In this document: in pieces, positions 19,127 through 29,403 of the stretch
Numbering within the stretch: the first letter of the stretch is position 1
Layout of the letters: each line of letters begins with the position of its first letter
Source: Nitrospirota bacterium
GTDB taxonomy: Bacteria; Nitrospirota; UBA9217
Direction: 5' to 3'
DNA: 64,000 nucleotides
NCBI GenBank assembly: GCA_963790205.1
Contig: CAWBNQ010000003.1
Coordinates: 480,001 to 544,000, forward strand
Notes under the pieces: model-generated
What the model was told of the DNA's origin: nothing
The model's database searches: none
What the model saw: only the letters and a program-made list of their open reading frames with translations
Position numbers and translations under genes: made by a program

Positions 19127-20760
19127 ACCAGAATCATCAGCTCTCGATAAAAGAGCTTCCCTATATTATCCAGTGGCGCGAGGACCGCTGCACGCGCTGC
19201 GGCCGTTGCACGGCCGTCTGTCCCATGAAGTCCATCGAGGCCGCGGTCTATACCCAGCGGGTGGTAACGTCCGAGGGCGCTAGCCCGGAGCCCAAGGTCG
19301 CGCGCAGGCTGACCCACGTGGTGCGCCAGGTCACGGAGATCGATCGGTACTGCATCGGCTGCGGCACCTGCTCGCTTGTCTGCCCCACGGACGCCATTTT
19401 CCCGGAGTACAACTTCCAGCACAAGCTTTACCACTTCAGGAACAAAGGCGGCATCCCCTTCATGCGCGGCGGACGGCGGAACGACCCGTCAACGTCGACC
19501 CTGGACAAGCTCAAGTTCACGCGCATCTCGATGTTGACCGACCCGGCCCTGGACGCCGGCAGGCATGAGTTCCGCATCAGGACCCTTCTGGGCAGGAACC
19601 TTCCCGCAGAGCAGCTTCCGATCAAGATCGAAGGCGATAAGCTTGTCGCGACCCACGGTTCCTTTGTCCCGCCGGTGCGCGAGATCTACCCCATCCGTAT
19701 CGGCAGCATGTCCATCGGCGCGCTTTCTCCCCACATGTGGGAAGGCCTTGCCATGGGCATCACCTATTTGAATGAGGTGGAAGGCCTGCCCGTGGTCATG
19801 TGTTCGGGCGAAGGCGGCATGCCGCCCTCGATCCTGAAATCACGCTACATGAAATACTTCATTCTCCAGATCGCCTCCGGTTACTTCGGCTGGGACGAGA
19901 TCATCCGGGCGCTCCCCGACATGATCGAAGACCCCGCGGCCATCGAGATCAAGTACGGACAGGGTGCGAAGCCCGGCGACGGCGGGCTGCTTCAGGCCTA
20001 CAAGGTGCTGGGGCTCATCGCCAAGATCCGCGGCGTTCCGCAGTTCGTGGATCTGGCGTCGCCGCCAACGCACCAGACGAAATACTCGATCGAAGAGGCG
20101 GTCGCGAAGATGATCCAGTCCATGTCCATGGCCTGGGGCTTCCGCGTGCCGGTGTATCCGAAAATATCCGGGACCAAAACCGCCCGCGCGGTATTGAACA
20201 ACCTTGCGCGCAATCCCTACGCCGCGGCGCTCTGCATCGACGGCGAGGACGGCGGCACGGGCGCGGCGTATAACGTGTCCATGGACAAGATGGGCCATCC
20301 CATCGCATCGAACATCCGCGACTGCTACCTCGATCTCGTGAAGCAGGGCAAGCAGAACGAGCTTCCGCTCATCGCAGCGGGCGGCGTGGGCAAGGGCGGC
20401 AACCTCGCGGCGAACGCGGCGGCCCTGATCATGCTCGGCGCGTCGGCCGTGGACATGGGCAAGTACATCATGCAGGCTGCCGCGGGCTGCTTCGGCGACG
20501 AGTACAACCGCTGCAATGTCTGCAACCTGGGCAAGTGCCCGCGCGGCATCACGACCCAGGACCCGAAGCTCTACCGCAGGCTCGATCCCGACAAAGTGGC
20601 CGAGCGCGTGGTCGAGGTGTTCAAGGCAGCGGACGTGGAACTCAAGAAGATCTTCGCGCCGCTCGGCAGGAGCACCGAGCTCCCGATCGGCATGTCGGAC
20701 GCGCTTGGCGTGAACGACAAGGAGATCGCGGACCGGCTCCAGATCAGCTACGTATGTTAG
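19105..20760 (+). CDS. Glutamate synthase FMN-binding subunit with N-terminal 2x[4Fe-4S] (GltB2-like)
   Basis: SMSIGALS, SGEGG, QIASGYFG, EIKYGQGAKPGDGG and CxxCxxGxCP motifs. Confidence 0.92.
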   Translation: MEPATRLDQNHQLSIKELPYIIQWREDRCTRCGRCTAVCPMKSIEAAVYTQRVVTSEGASPEPKVARRLTHVVRQVTEIDRYCIGCGTCSLVCPTDAIFPEYNFQHKLYHFRNKGGIPFMRGGRRNDPSTSTLDKLKFTRISMLTDPALDAGRHEFRIRTLLGRNLPAEQLPIKIEGDKLVATHGSFVPPVREIYPIRIGSMSIGALSPHMWEGLAMGITYLNEVEGLPVVMCSGEGGMPPSILKSRYMKYFILQIASGYFGWDEIIRALPDMIEDPAAIEIKYGQGAKPGDGGLLQAYKVLGLIAKIRGVPQFVDLASPPTHQTKYSIEEAVAKMIQSMSMAWGFRVPVYPKISGTKTARAVLNNLARNPYAAALCIDGEDGGTGAAYNVSMDKMGHPIASNIRDCYLDLVKQGKQNELPLIAAGGVGKGGNLAANAAALIMLGASAVDMGKYIMQAAAGCFGDEYNRCNVCNLGKCPRGITTQDPKLYRRLDPDKVAERVVEVFKAADVELKKIFAPLGRSTELPIGMSDALGVNDKEIADRLQISYVC

Positions 20761-20874
20761 AAAAGCAGTAGACGGTAGACGGTAGGCGGCATACAGGGAG
20801 AAGCAAAGTTGTGGTCATTTTCCCCCTGTTTACTGTCTACTGTTTACTACCTACTATCTTTTTTTGAGGGAATA

Positions 20875-23203
20875 ATGATAATCAAGGGCAATATCGACGG
20901 AAAACGTGTCTCTTCGAAAAACCTCGAAGAGCAGATCCAGAAGGCCATCAAGGACGGCGCCAGGGATGTCACCGTTGTTGCAGACGGTCAGCACGGCATC
21001 GGCGGACGCATCTGGCCGCAATACGGCAAGGTGAAGATCACCATCGAGGGCACGTCGGGACAGCGCGTGGGCAGCATGGGCATGGACAACACCGAGATCG
21101 TGGTCAAGGGTTCGACGTCCGACGACACGGGCTGGCTCAACTGCGGCACGACGATCACCGTGCTCGGCGACGTGGCGAACGGCGCACATAACGCGGGGGC
21201 CCAGGGCAAGCTCTACGTCCAGGGCGGCGGCGGCGCGCGGTGCGACACCATGACCAAGAAGAACCCCCGGTTCCCGGACCTCCAGTCCTGGTACTTCCGC
21301 GGCGTGGGCGATTCCTTTGCCGAGTTCAAGGCCGGCGGCATTGCCGTGGTCTGCGGCGTGGATCCCCGGGACCCCGAGAACATCCTGGGCTACCGTCCCT
21401 GCGTGGGCATGGTCGGCGGCACGATCTATTTCCGCGGCCCGATCAAGGAATACAGCAAGGCGGACGTAAGGCTCGTGGACCTGACGGAGCAGGACTGGGA
21501 ATGGCTCACCACGAACATGAAGCCCTATCTTGACGGCCATCGACCGCGTGTCCCATTACGAAGAGCTCACGAAGGACATCAATGCCTGGAAGAAGCTCAT
21601 CGCCTTCACGCCGGCCGAAAAGGCCAAGGCAAAGGGCAAGCTCAAGATGGGACTCACCGAGTTCCGCTTGAACGTCTGGGAAAAGGAAGTGGGCAAGGGC
21701 GGCATGTTCGGCGCCTACCTTACCCACGACCGCTCCGTGCTCCCTTATATCACCACCGGCGAGGAGCGGCGCTGGAAGCCGGTCTGGAAGAACGACCAGT
21801 ATCTTCCTCCCTGCGCCTATGCATGCCCGTCGCGGATCCCGTCACACAAGCGCGCGTCCTTGATCAGGCAGGGGAGGACCGCCGAGGCGCTTGCCCTCGT
21901 GCTCCAGTACAGTCCGCTTCCCGCAACGGTCTGCGGCACGGTCTGTCCGAACCTCTGCATGACGGACTGCACCCGCGGCAGGGTTGACGAACCCTTGAAC
22001 ATCAAAGAATACGGCGCGGCCGCTTTGAACTTGAAAGCCCCGAAGAAGGCAAAATCAACGGGCCACAGCATCGCCGTCATCGGCGGCGGGCCGGGCGGCC
22101 TCTCAACAGCATGGCAGCTGGGGCTCAAGGGCCATACCGTCGATCTCTTCGAAGCCTCGGACAAGATCGGCGGAAAGCTCGAGATGTGCATCCCGCGCGA
22201 GCGCCTGCCGAAGAAGATCCTGGACAAGGAGCTCTCCCGCTTTGCCGAGCTCGGCGTGAACGTCCATACCGGAGTCAACGTGGACAGGAAGAAGTTCGAG
22301 AACATTTATAAGCACCATGACGTGGTGGTCATCGCCGTGGGCGCGCACGAAGGCCGTGTGATCCCGTTCCCGGGGCATGAGGACGTGGTCAAGGGCATCG
22401 ACTATCTCAAGGAGATAAACTTCGGCAAACCGAAGAACCTTAAGGGCAAGAAGGTCGTGGTGATCGGAGCGGGCAACGTGGGCATGGATATCGCGTGCCA
22501 GGCCTATGATCACGGCGCTTCGCTGGTCACCTGCGTGGACATCCAGAAGCCGGCGTCCTTCGGCAAAGAACAGCAGATGGCAAAGGAAAAAGGCACGCAG
22601 ATCCTGTTCCCGAAGGTGACCGAGAAATATGTTGCCCGGGAAAAGAAGCTCTACTTCAAGGACGGCACAAGCATCGATGCCGACCTGGTGATCATCTCCA
22701 TCGGCGAGAAACCGGTGATCGATTTTCTGCCCGCGGAGATCCACACCGAGCGCGGGTATATCACGGTGAACGATCTGGGACAGACCTCGGACGTGAAGGT
22801 CTTCGCCATCGGCGACGCGACCAAGCCGGGCCTGGTGACCCATGCCATCGGAGCAGGCAAGGTTGCCGCGGACAAGATCCATTCCCTTCTCATGAACACC
22901 GACTACGTGCCCGAAGAACGGCGCGTAATCCCCTATGAGCGGGTCAAGACCCAGTACTACGAGGCATGCCGCTTAAACGACGTCAAATTCTCGCCGAAGA
23001 GGGAAGCCGACCGCTGCATGAGCTGCGGCTCCTGCCGCGACTGCGGCATGTGCGAGCAGTCGTGCTACTATGGCGCCATCACGCGCAGGAAGCTGCCGAA
23101 CAGGTCCTTCGAATACGCGGTGGATGAAAGCAAGTGCATCGGCTGCGGCTTCTGCGCCGGCATCTGCCCCTGCGGGGTTTGGGAAATGGTGGAGAACGTA
23201 TAG
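20875..23203 (+). CDS. GltB3 (GXGXG domain)-GltD-like FAD/Fe-S fusion, split by a +1 frameshift near 21530
   Basis: GXGXG beta-helix repeats in ORF 20809; ORF 21530 has CAYACP, IAVIGGGPGG, VVIGAGNVG and a C-terminal ferredoxin. One-base removal at TATCTTGACGGCC joins them. Confidence 0.85.
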
Positions 23204-23210
23204 ATTATAA

Positions 23211-23248
23211 TCCCCCGTCGCCCTTTCGGGGAGAGGGCTGGGTGAGGG
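23211..23248. repeat. REP-like CCC...GGGGAGAGGGCTGGGTGAGGG element
   Basis: GC-rich extragenic palindrome-type motif right after the glt operon. Confidence 0.45.
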
Positions 23249-23288
23249 AACCTTCTCTCGAATCCCTGTTTTGAAATAACGCAAAAAG

Positions 23289-23323
23289 AACGCCTGTCAG
23301 TAGTGAACCTGCCAGGCGTTTTT
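23289..23323. terminator. Bidirectional terminator
   Basis: AACGCCTG...CAGGCGTT hairpin flanked by A- and T-runs, between convergent genes. Confidence 0.65.
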
Positions 23324-23360
23324 ATTATCGCGCAGCCGCTAACGGCTTGTGGAGTGCGAA

Positions 23361-23558
23361 TCAGCCCCTTCTCGAAAGCTGGTAGGCGCCGAGGGCCGTG
23401 CAGATCCCTCCTGCTATAAGGACCGTCACCGTTTTATCCGTTGGCGATCCCGTAAAGGCACGCGATATCCTTGAAGAGAACGACCCGGACATGCTTATGC
23501 CCCAGATCAACAGGGCCACGCCGGCTACAAGCAGGATAAGACCGATCTGTTTATTCAT
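23361..23558 (-). CDS. DUF3185-like small membrane protein
   Basis: Two TM helices around SxxSRxFTGSPTDK; GGAGG RBS. Confidence 0.8.
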   Translation of the reverse strand: MNKQIGLILLVAGVALLIWGISMSGSFSSRISRAFTGSPTDKTVTVLIAGGICTALGAYQLSRRG

Positions 23559-23879
23559 GGTACCTCCTTGAGTTCATTGTTGGACAGTTTAAGGGCTTTG
23601 AAAAAAAATGTCAATGAGATTTGGCTTGCCGATGTTATGGTCAACAAGTCCTTCTTCTTCACAGTCGCACCGGCATCGCCGGTTTTGCGCAGCCCGAACC
23701 TCATGAACTGGCCTGCATCCGCACCCGATCCATGTTTAATCTTTCATCGGAATAAAATCCGCTGCCCATATGACGGCCAGTGGTTCACATTCCGGACAGC
23801 GTGGAATGGGTTTAGGTTATAATATGGTCAAAGTGCCGCGGAAAGAGAGCGTGATGGTCCGGGGAAAAGAGGCCGAACG

Positions 23880-25034
23880 ATGAGTGACGAGATCAAGACG
23901 GGCAGGGACTTTAAGGACGACATCCTGCGGGAACAGGTCCGCCTTGCCATGAAGCAGCTTCCCACGATGCAAATAACCTCATTCATCGTTGCCCTCGTTC
24001 TTTCCTATACTGTCAGCGATATCGTTCCTCACGTGAACATTGTTCGATGGGACCTCATGGTTCTGGCGATCGTCGTCAGCAGGATCGTCCTCTACTCCAA
24101 GTTTTTGAAAGTACGGGAACAGCCGTTCTCAGGAGAGCGCTGGAAAAAAGCCTACCTGCTCCTTGCCTTCATCTCCGGCGTGATCTGGGGGGCCTCCGCT
24201 TTTATTATTTTCCCGTCGGGCAATCCCGCGCTCATAGCTCTTTTTGTTCTGGTGATAGCAAGTTTGTCGGCGGCCACCACCGTGTCCCATTCCGCGTTGA
24301 GACTGGGGCCGACGGCATGGGCGGCGCCGGCAATGCTGCTCTATGCCGTTCGCTGCTATCGGGAAGGGTTCGAAACCTATACCATAGGCCTTCTTATCAT
24401 CGTTTATTTCTATACGGTTTTAAATTATTCATTCAAGCACAACAACACCATTGCCTCCTTTGTCTCGCTTAAATTCGAGAACCTGGAACTTCTCGAAGAA
24501 CTGCGTAAGGCAAATGATGTTCTTCGGCACGCCTCGGCAATAGACGGGCTCACTGGGCTTGCGAATCGCCGGCAGTTCGACGAAATCATGGACAAGGAAT
24601 GGCGCCGTGCCATACGGGAACAAAAGTCGATTTCCCTCATTATGCTGGATATCGACCATTTCAAGGCTTACAATGATAATTACGGGCATCAGGAAGGAGA
24701 CGACTGCCTCAAAAAAGTGGCTGCGGTCATCGCCGAGTTGGTGAAACGCCCGGCTGATCTTGCGGCACGGTACGGCGGCGAGGAGTTTATGGTGGTACTG
24801 CCGGGCAGTGACATTCGGGGGGCGATCGAACTGGGTGAAAAGCTGAGGATAGCAGTCGAGGTGCTGGACGTGCCGCACGCTCATTCTTCTGCGGCGAGTG
24901 TTGTGACCATAAGCGTGGGGGCGTCGTCGCTGGTCCCTGAACGCGGAGAGGAACCCTCCCGCCTGATCAAGCTGGTGGATACGGCGCTGTACGCGGCCAA
25001 GCGCGGCGGACGCAACCGGGTAAAAGCCGCATGA
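23880..25034 (+). CDS. Membrane-bound diguanylate cyclase
   Basis: Multiple TM segments, DGLTGLANRR, DIDHFK, and RPAD I-site followed by RYGGEEF. Confidence 0.93.
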   Translation: MSDEIKTGRDFKDDILREQVRLAMKQLPTMQITSFIVALVLSYTVSDIVPHVNIVRWDLMVLAIVVSRIVLYSKFLKVREQPFSGERWKKAYLLLAFISGVIWGASAFIIFPSGNPALIALFVLVIASLSAATTVSHSALRLGPTAWAAPAMLLYAVRCYREGFETYTIGLLIIVYFYTVLNYSFKHNNTIASFVSLKFENLELLEELRKANDVLRHASAIDGLTGLANRRQFDEIMDKEWRRAIREQKSISLIMLDIDHFKAYNDNYGHQEGDDCLKKVAAVIAELVKRPADLAARYGGEEFMVVLPGSDIRGAIELGEKLRIAVEVLDVPHAHSSAASVVTISVGASSLVPERGEEPSRLIKLVDTALYAAKRGGRNRVKAA

Positions 25035-25270
25035 GGAAGCGTCGGATCAGGCCTGAGTTCCGGATATCCCGCGCGATGCAGCCGGACGGCATGCGATTCA
25101 GGATTGTTCACGAGACACTTGTCCGCGTGCGTCGCCTGGTCAATGAAGGGCTTTCCTTTTCTTGACTCATATCCTTCTTTCGGATACACTCCCCGTGTCG
25201 TTGTACACTCGTCGTACTCGCGGGATCTGATTCCGGTTCCTTGAAAAAAACATGAATGGAGGGACCCAGC

Positions 25271-25690
25271 ATGATAAGAACACCCTCGTGGTTCATACCT
25301 GCGGTCATGGCCTTGATCCTCTGGGGCGTGTGGGGGGTTCTTCAAAAACTTGCCACAAGCCACATGTCGCCGCGGAACGTCTATCTCGTCTCGGCCCTGG
25401 GCGCGATCGCGGTCGTCCTGGTAATAGTGTCAACGAGCAAATTTCCGCTCCACATGAGCGTCGACGGAACGCTCTTTGCCCTCATCGCCGGAATATGCAG
25501 CGCCCTCGGCGGCCTTCTGTTCCTCCATGCCGTGAGCAAGGGGGAGGCCTCGGTCGTTATCACTTTCACCGCCCTCTATCCCGTCGTTTCGATCATGCTG
25601 TCCTTTGTCCTGTTCAGAGAAGCGATCACCCTGAAGCAGGGGATCGGCATTGTCATGGCCCTTTTTTCGATGGCGCTGCTTGCAGGATAG
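25271..25690 (+). CDS. EamA/DMT-family membrane protein
   Basis: About 5 TM segments; WGVWG, GEASVV and LFREAIT motifs. Confidence 0.82.
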   Translation: MIRTPSWFIPAVMALILWGVWGVLQKLATSHMSPRNVYLVSALGAIAVVLVIVSTSKFPLHMSVDGTLFALIAGICSALGGLLFLHAVSKGEASVVITFTALYPVVSIMLSFVLFREAITLKQGIGIVMALFSMALLAG

Positions 25691-25810
25691 TTGTCCGCCG
25701 TGAGCGAGTGAAACGTCGCCGCGTGCCGTCCGAAAAGAGGGGACACCATCACGCCTCGCGGCTGCCGCATCAATCCTTCCGTGAACTGGCGCCTGTCGAT
25801 TCATGCCGGT

Positions 25811-26000
25811 CTATTTTACGAAATACTGAACGATATAGTTAAGCGCGAGGGACAGGATCATGATTCCCAGCACGAGCTTGATGATTCTTTTGGGACGTAT
25901 TTCCGGAGCCGCGCGCCGGAGGTGAAGGTGGAGACGACGAGCGCCGCGGCGGAAGAAACCCCGCGTTTTAACACTGGATACGGGAAACAGGGCGTACAGA
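25811..26000 (-). pseudogene. Internally deleted TauE/SafE-like membrane protein remnant
   Basis: Minus strand gives FPVSSVKT...ALVVSTFTS fused directly to GARLRKYVP / RIIKLVLGIMILSLALNYIVQYF across frameshifts. Confidence 0.45.
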
Positions 26001-26143
26001 GCTTCCAGGGGGATTGAGTATAGCACAAAAAAAGTGGAGTTTGAACACGAAAAACGGGGCGCTACGGCCAAAAGGGTCGATTCCCATGCGAATGGAAACA
26101 AGGTTTCCAATCGCATTATTCCATCTACATTTAAAATTAGTGT

Positions 26144-26171
26144 TTGACGCAGTTTTTGTTTTTGATATAAT
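26144..26171 (+). promoter_or_regulatory. sigma70 promoter for the sigma-factor gene
   Basis: TTGACG-N16-TATAAT with an extended -10 TG, about 35 nt before the ATG. Confidence 0.7.
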
Positions 26172-26204
26172 TGAATCAGGAACGAAATAAGAAAGGCAGG
26201 AAGC

Positions 26205-27563
26205 ATGAGTAAGACGGCATTATCTGAAGAAAAGAACAACGGCGGGTATCCCGAAGTGCCCGAGGACGTGCTGGAAAATCTGGCGGGAGATCTCGCCGAT
26301 GAGGAAGAAGAGGAAGAGCCGTCTTCCATCGAAGTTGCCGAGGCCGTTGAAGAAGTCGGCGGGGCAGACCTGGTAGATACCTATCTGAAGTCCGCAGGCA
26401 AGTTCCCCATGCTCAAGATCGAGGAAGAGCAGGAATATGTCCGCATCCTTGAAAAGGGCAAGGGAGAGCTCAAGAAGCTCGCCCTGAGCTCGCCGCTGGC
26501 CATCCCGCGCGTGCTGGCCTTGGGCACCAATATAAAACTGGGACTCGTGAAGGCCCCGGACGTCCTCCGGTTTCCCGGAGAATGGAAGGACACCTTTGAA
26601 GTGGAATTCATGCGCCTGTATAACCGGCTCAAACGGCAGGTGGCGCGCCGGGACATGGAACGGGCCACGGACACGCTCAACGAGATGAGCCTCTCGTTCC
26701 GCGAGATCGAGAAGATGCTGAAGCGCATCCTGTTTATCGGCAAGCAGGTGGAGCGCGGCATTACCGCGGACATGGAAAAGATCGGGCTTGACGAGGCGAC
26801 GCTCATAGACATGGTGGCCCGCATCGAGCAGGCGGATGTAAGCGTAAAGATCGCCAAGGACGAACTGATCAAGGCCAACCTCCGCCTTGTCGTCTCAATT
26901 GCCAAGAAGTACGTGAATCGCGGCCTTACGCTGCTCGATCTGATCCAGGAAGGCAATATCGGCCTCATGAAAGCCGCGGACCGGTACGAGTCCGGCAAGG
27001 GGACGAAGTTCAGCACCTATTCGACCTGGTGGATCAGGCAGCGGATCACCCGCGCCATTCTCGACCAGGCGCGCACCATCCGGCTCCCCGTACACCTGAT
27101 AGAAGAGAGTACGCGCATCAGCCGTATCTATGCCAAATTCATGCGGGAAAAAGGGCGCGAGGCCTCGCCGGAAGAGATCGCGAAGATCATGGGCCTTTCC
27201 GTGACGCGGGTGACCGAGATCCTCCGCGCCATCCAGGAGCCGGTGTCCCTCGAGACGCCGATCCTTTCGGAAGAGAAGGAGCTCAAGGACGTTATCGTGG
27301 ACGAGAAGTCAATCTCGCCTTTCAAGACCCTTGAGAACAACGAGGCGGCGCACCGTATCGAAGAGGTGCTCTCGTCGCTCACCGAACGGGAGGAGAAGAT
27401 CATCCGGATGAGGTTCGGCATCGGCATCGGGACCGAACATACCCTTGAAGAGGTGGGCAAATACTTCAATCTTACGAGGGAGCGGATCCGGCAGATAGAG
27501 ATCAAGGCGCTCAAGAAACTGCGCCACCCCGCCCGGAGCAAGATGCTGCGGGAGTACGTGTAA
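26205..27563 (+). CDS. RpoD/SigA-like sigma70 factor
   Basis: ANLRLVVSIAKKY, DLIQEGNIGLMKA, KFSTYSTWWIRQ and TRERIRQIE motifs. Confidence 0.93.
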   Translation: MSKTALSEEKNNGGYPEVPEDVLENLAGDLADEEEEEEPSSIEVAEAVEEVGGADLVDTYLKSAGKFPMLKIEEEQEYVRILEKGKGELKKLALSSPLAIPRVLALGTNIKLGLVKAPDVLRFPGEWKDTFEVEFMRLYNRLKRQVARRDMERATDTLNEMSLSFREIEKMLKRILFIGKQVERGITADMEKIGLDEATLIDMVARIEQADVSVKIAKDELIKANLRLVVSIAKKYVNRGLTLLDLIQEGNIGLMKAADRYESGKGTKFSTYSTWWIRQRITRAILDQARTIRLPVHLIEESTRISRIYAKFMREKGREASPEEIAKIMGLSVTRVTEILRAIQEPVSLETPILSEEKELKDVIVDEKSISPFKTLENNEAAHRIEEVLSSLTEREEKIIRMRFGIGIGTEHTLEEVGKYFNLTRERIRQIEIKALKKLRHPARSKMLREYV

Positions 27564-27894
27564 GGAAAGAGGGGACGAGTGGCGATCGTTGGAGAGACTG
27601 ACACTGGTATCCGGACGGAAGGAGATGGTTTATCTCCTTCCCTTTTTTTGCACCTGGCAGGGCGCGCGGAACGAAAGCGCCACAGGGGTCCGCGCGCCTT
27701 ATCATGGACATATACAGAGGGATGGCTGGTCGGGACGGTGCTTCCGGGATGAATCAATTGTGGTAACTTCGTAGAATTGAAGATTTTCATTGAAACATGC
27801 AGAGCGTGATTTTTCCTGGATATTGCACCTACGATATGATGAACCTTGGTGCATGTTTCATATCGAATATACTGAATCTGCTGCTCATAAGAGT

Positions 27895-28197
27895 ATGATG
27901 AGATTTAAAATGTTCAATTCAAGCTTGAAGTTCTGTACAAGCATTCATCTAGCACTGTTCTTTGCTGCTATTGTCTGGCTCATGCCACCGGGGTCTGTTG
28001 CCCGGGTGATTGACCAATTAAACGAAACATTTGAATTTATATTTAGTCCAGTTCCTTTTGAAAATTATTACATGCTCAAGGATGCAGCCGCTGAGACTAT
28101 TGCAGTACAATTAATCGTGATGTTTTTTGTTACCGCTGTACCCAGCTATATTATCGGTTACCTTCTGTTCTTGCGATATTTCAATAAACAGCTATAA
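27895..28197 (+). CDS. Hypothetical membrane protein
   Basis: AT-rich ORF with two hydrophobic segments. Confidence 0.45.
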   Translation: MMRFKMFNSSLKFCTSIHLALFFAAIVWLMPPGSVARVIDQLNETFEFIFSPVPFENYYMLKDAAAETIAVQLIVMFFVTAVPSYIIGYLLFLRYFNKQL

Positions 28198-28380
28198 TGA
28201 ATCAATGTTCCTTATGAGAATCGCAAGCAGATGAGAGGAAAGCGGCAAGTTCAAATGGTTTCAGCCGCTGATTCCGAAAAAACACCACATCGCGCTCAAT
28301 ACCTCGCTATCTAAAGCTTGTAGGTGTCCAACCATTAAGTCCTTGTGCAAACGGTGATCTCGGCTGTGGGGGAGCTGAAC

Positions 28381-29148
28381 TTGTCAGAGCAGAAAAAAGA
28401 TGGTGCGTCAAGCCTCGATGATCGGAAAGAACTGTACATTTTAGTCGCGGACAGGGACCTCAATAACCAGTTTTTCATGTCTATGCTTCTTCGAAGGTTC
28501 GATTACAATATCCGTCCGTCCGCGACTGGGGGCGAAGCCCTGAAGATAGCTAAGGCCGCTATTCCCTCCCTCGTAATTACCGGCACGGACCTCAAAGATA
28601 TGAGCGGTATTGAGCTTATGCAGCAGATTAAGACGTACCCGGGAACAACAGATGTTCCCTTCATAGCTGTTCTCATGAAAGACGACTTCCTCGCCGAGAA
28701 GCGCTGCATTGAAGCCGGCATGGCCGATTGCCTCTCTAAGCCGGTCTCAGCCGAGGATCTCTATCGGGCGGTCCAAGCAGCTGTAGAGACGGTGCCGCGC
28801 ACGAACATTCGCATAAAAACTCATTTGACGGTAACGGTGGACAGTAAGCCGCTCGTTTGTCTCGAAGACGCGTGTATGTCGGTGCTTTCGGAAGGCGGGA
28901 TATTCATACCTACGAAGCATCCGAGAGCAATTAATACGCGGCTTCCCCTTCAGATCCATCTGCATGAACAAATTATTGACATTGAAGCTGAAGTAGTCTA
29001 CAGCTACCGGACAAACGAGGGACCAAACCATAAGCCAGGAATGGGGCTAAGGTTCGTTCGGATTGCATCGAAAGACGCTCAGCAGCTTCGGGTGTTTGTC
29101 AAGAGTGAAGTAATGCGAGGTTTCTACCCCCTCAACGACGTGCAATAA
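28381..29148 (+). CDS. Response-regulator receiver plus PilZ-domain protein
   Basis: REC fold (ILVAD...MSGIEL...LSKP) lacking the canonical phospho-Asp; C-terminal RxxxR (RTNIR), SEGG and GMGLRF. Confidence 0.8.
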   Translation: MSEQKKDGASSLDDRKELYILVADRDLNNQFFMSMLLRRFDYNIRPSATGGEALKIAKAAIPSLVITGTDLKDMSGIELMQQIKTYPGTTDVPFIAVLMKDDFLAEKRCIEAGMADCLSKPVSAEDLYRAVQAAVETVPRTNIRIKTHLTVTVDSKPLVCLEDACMSVLSEGGIFIPTKHPRAINTRLPLQIHLHEQIIDIEAEVVYSYRTNEGPNHKPGMGLRFVRIASKDAQQLRVFVKSEVMRGFYPLNDVQ

Positions 29149-29403
29149 CCAATACAGATATTGCCCCTGCGACGGCACAGAATGGCTGTAGCACCTTGCT
29201 CTGGCGCAACGTCTATAGCTTCCTGTAGTCTTTGTAGTTGCCATTCTTATAAATTCATAAAGTTTCATATAAAATTCGTTAGCGTCTACCCCCAAAACAC
29301 CCATCCGTTCGTGGCAGCCGTGGTGTATAATACTATAAATGGTTTCCATACCCTAGTTTCTGCTCTCCAATTGGGTAAAGCAAATGAATTAAAGGAATTT
29401 ATA

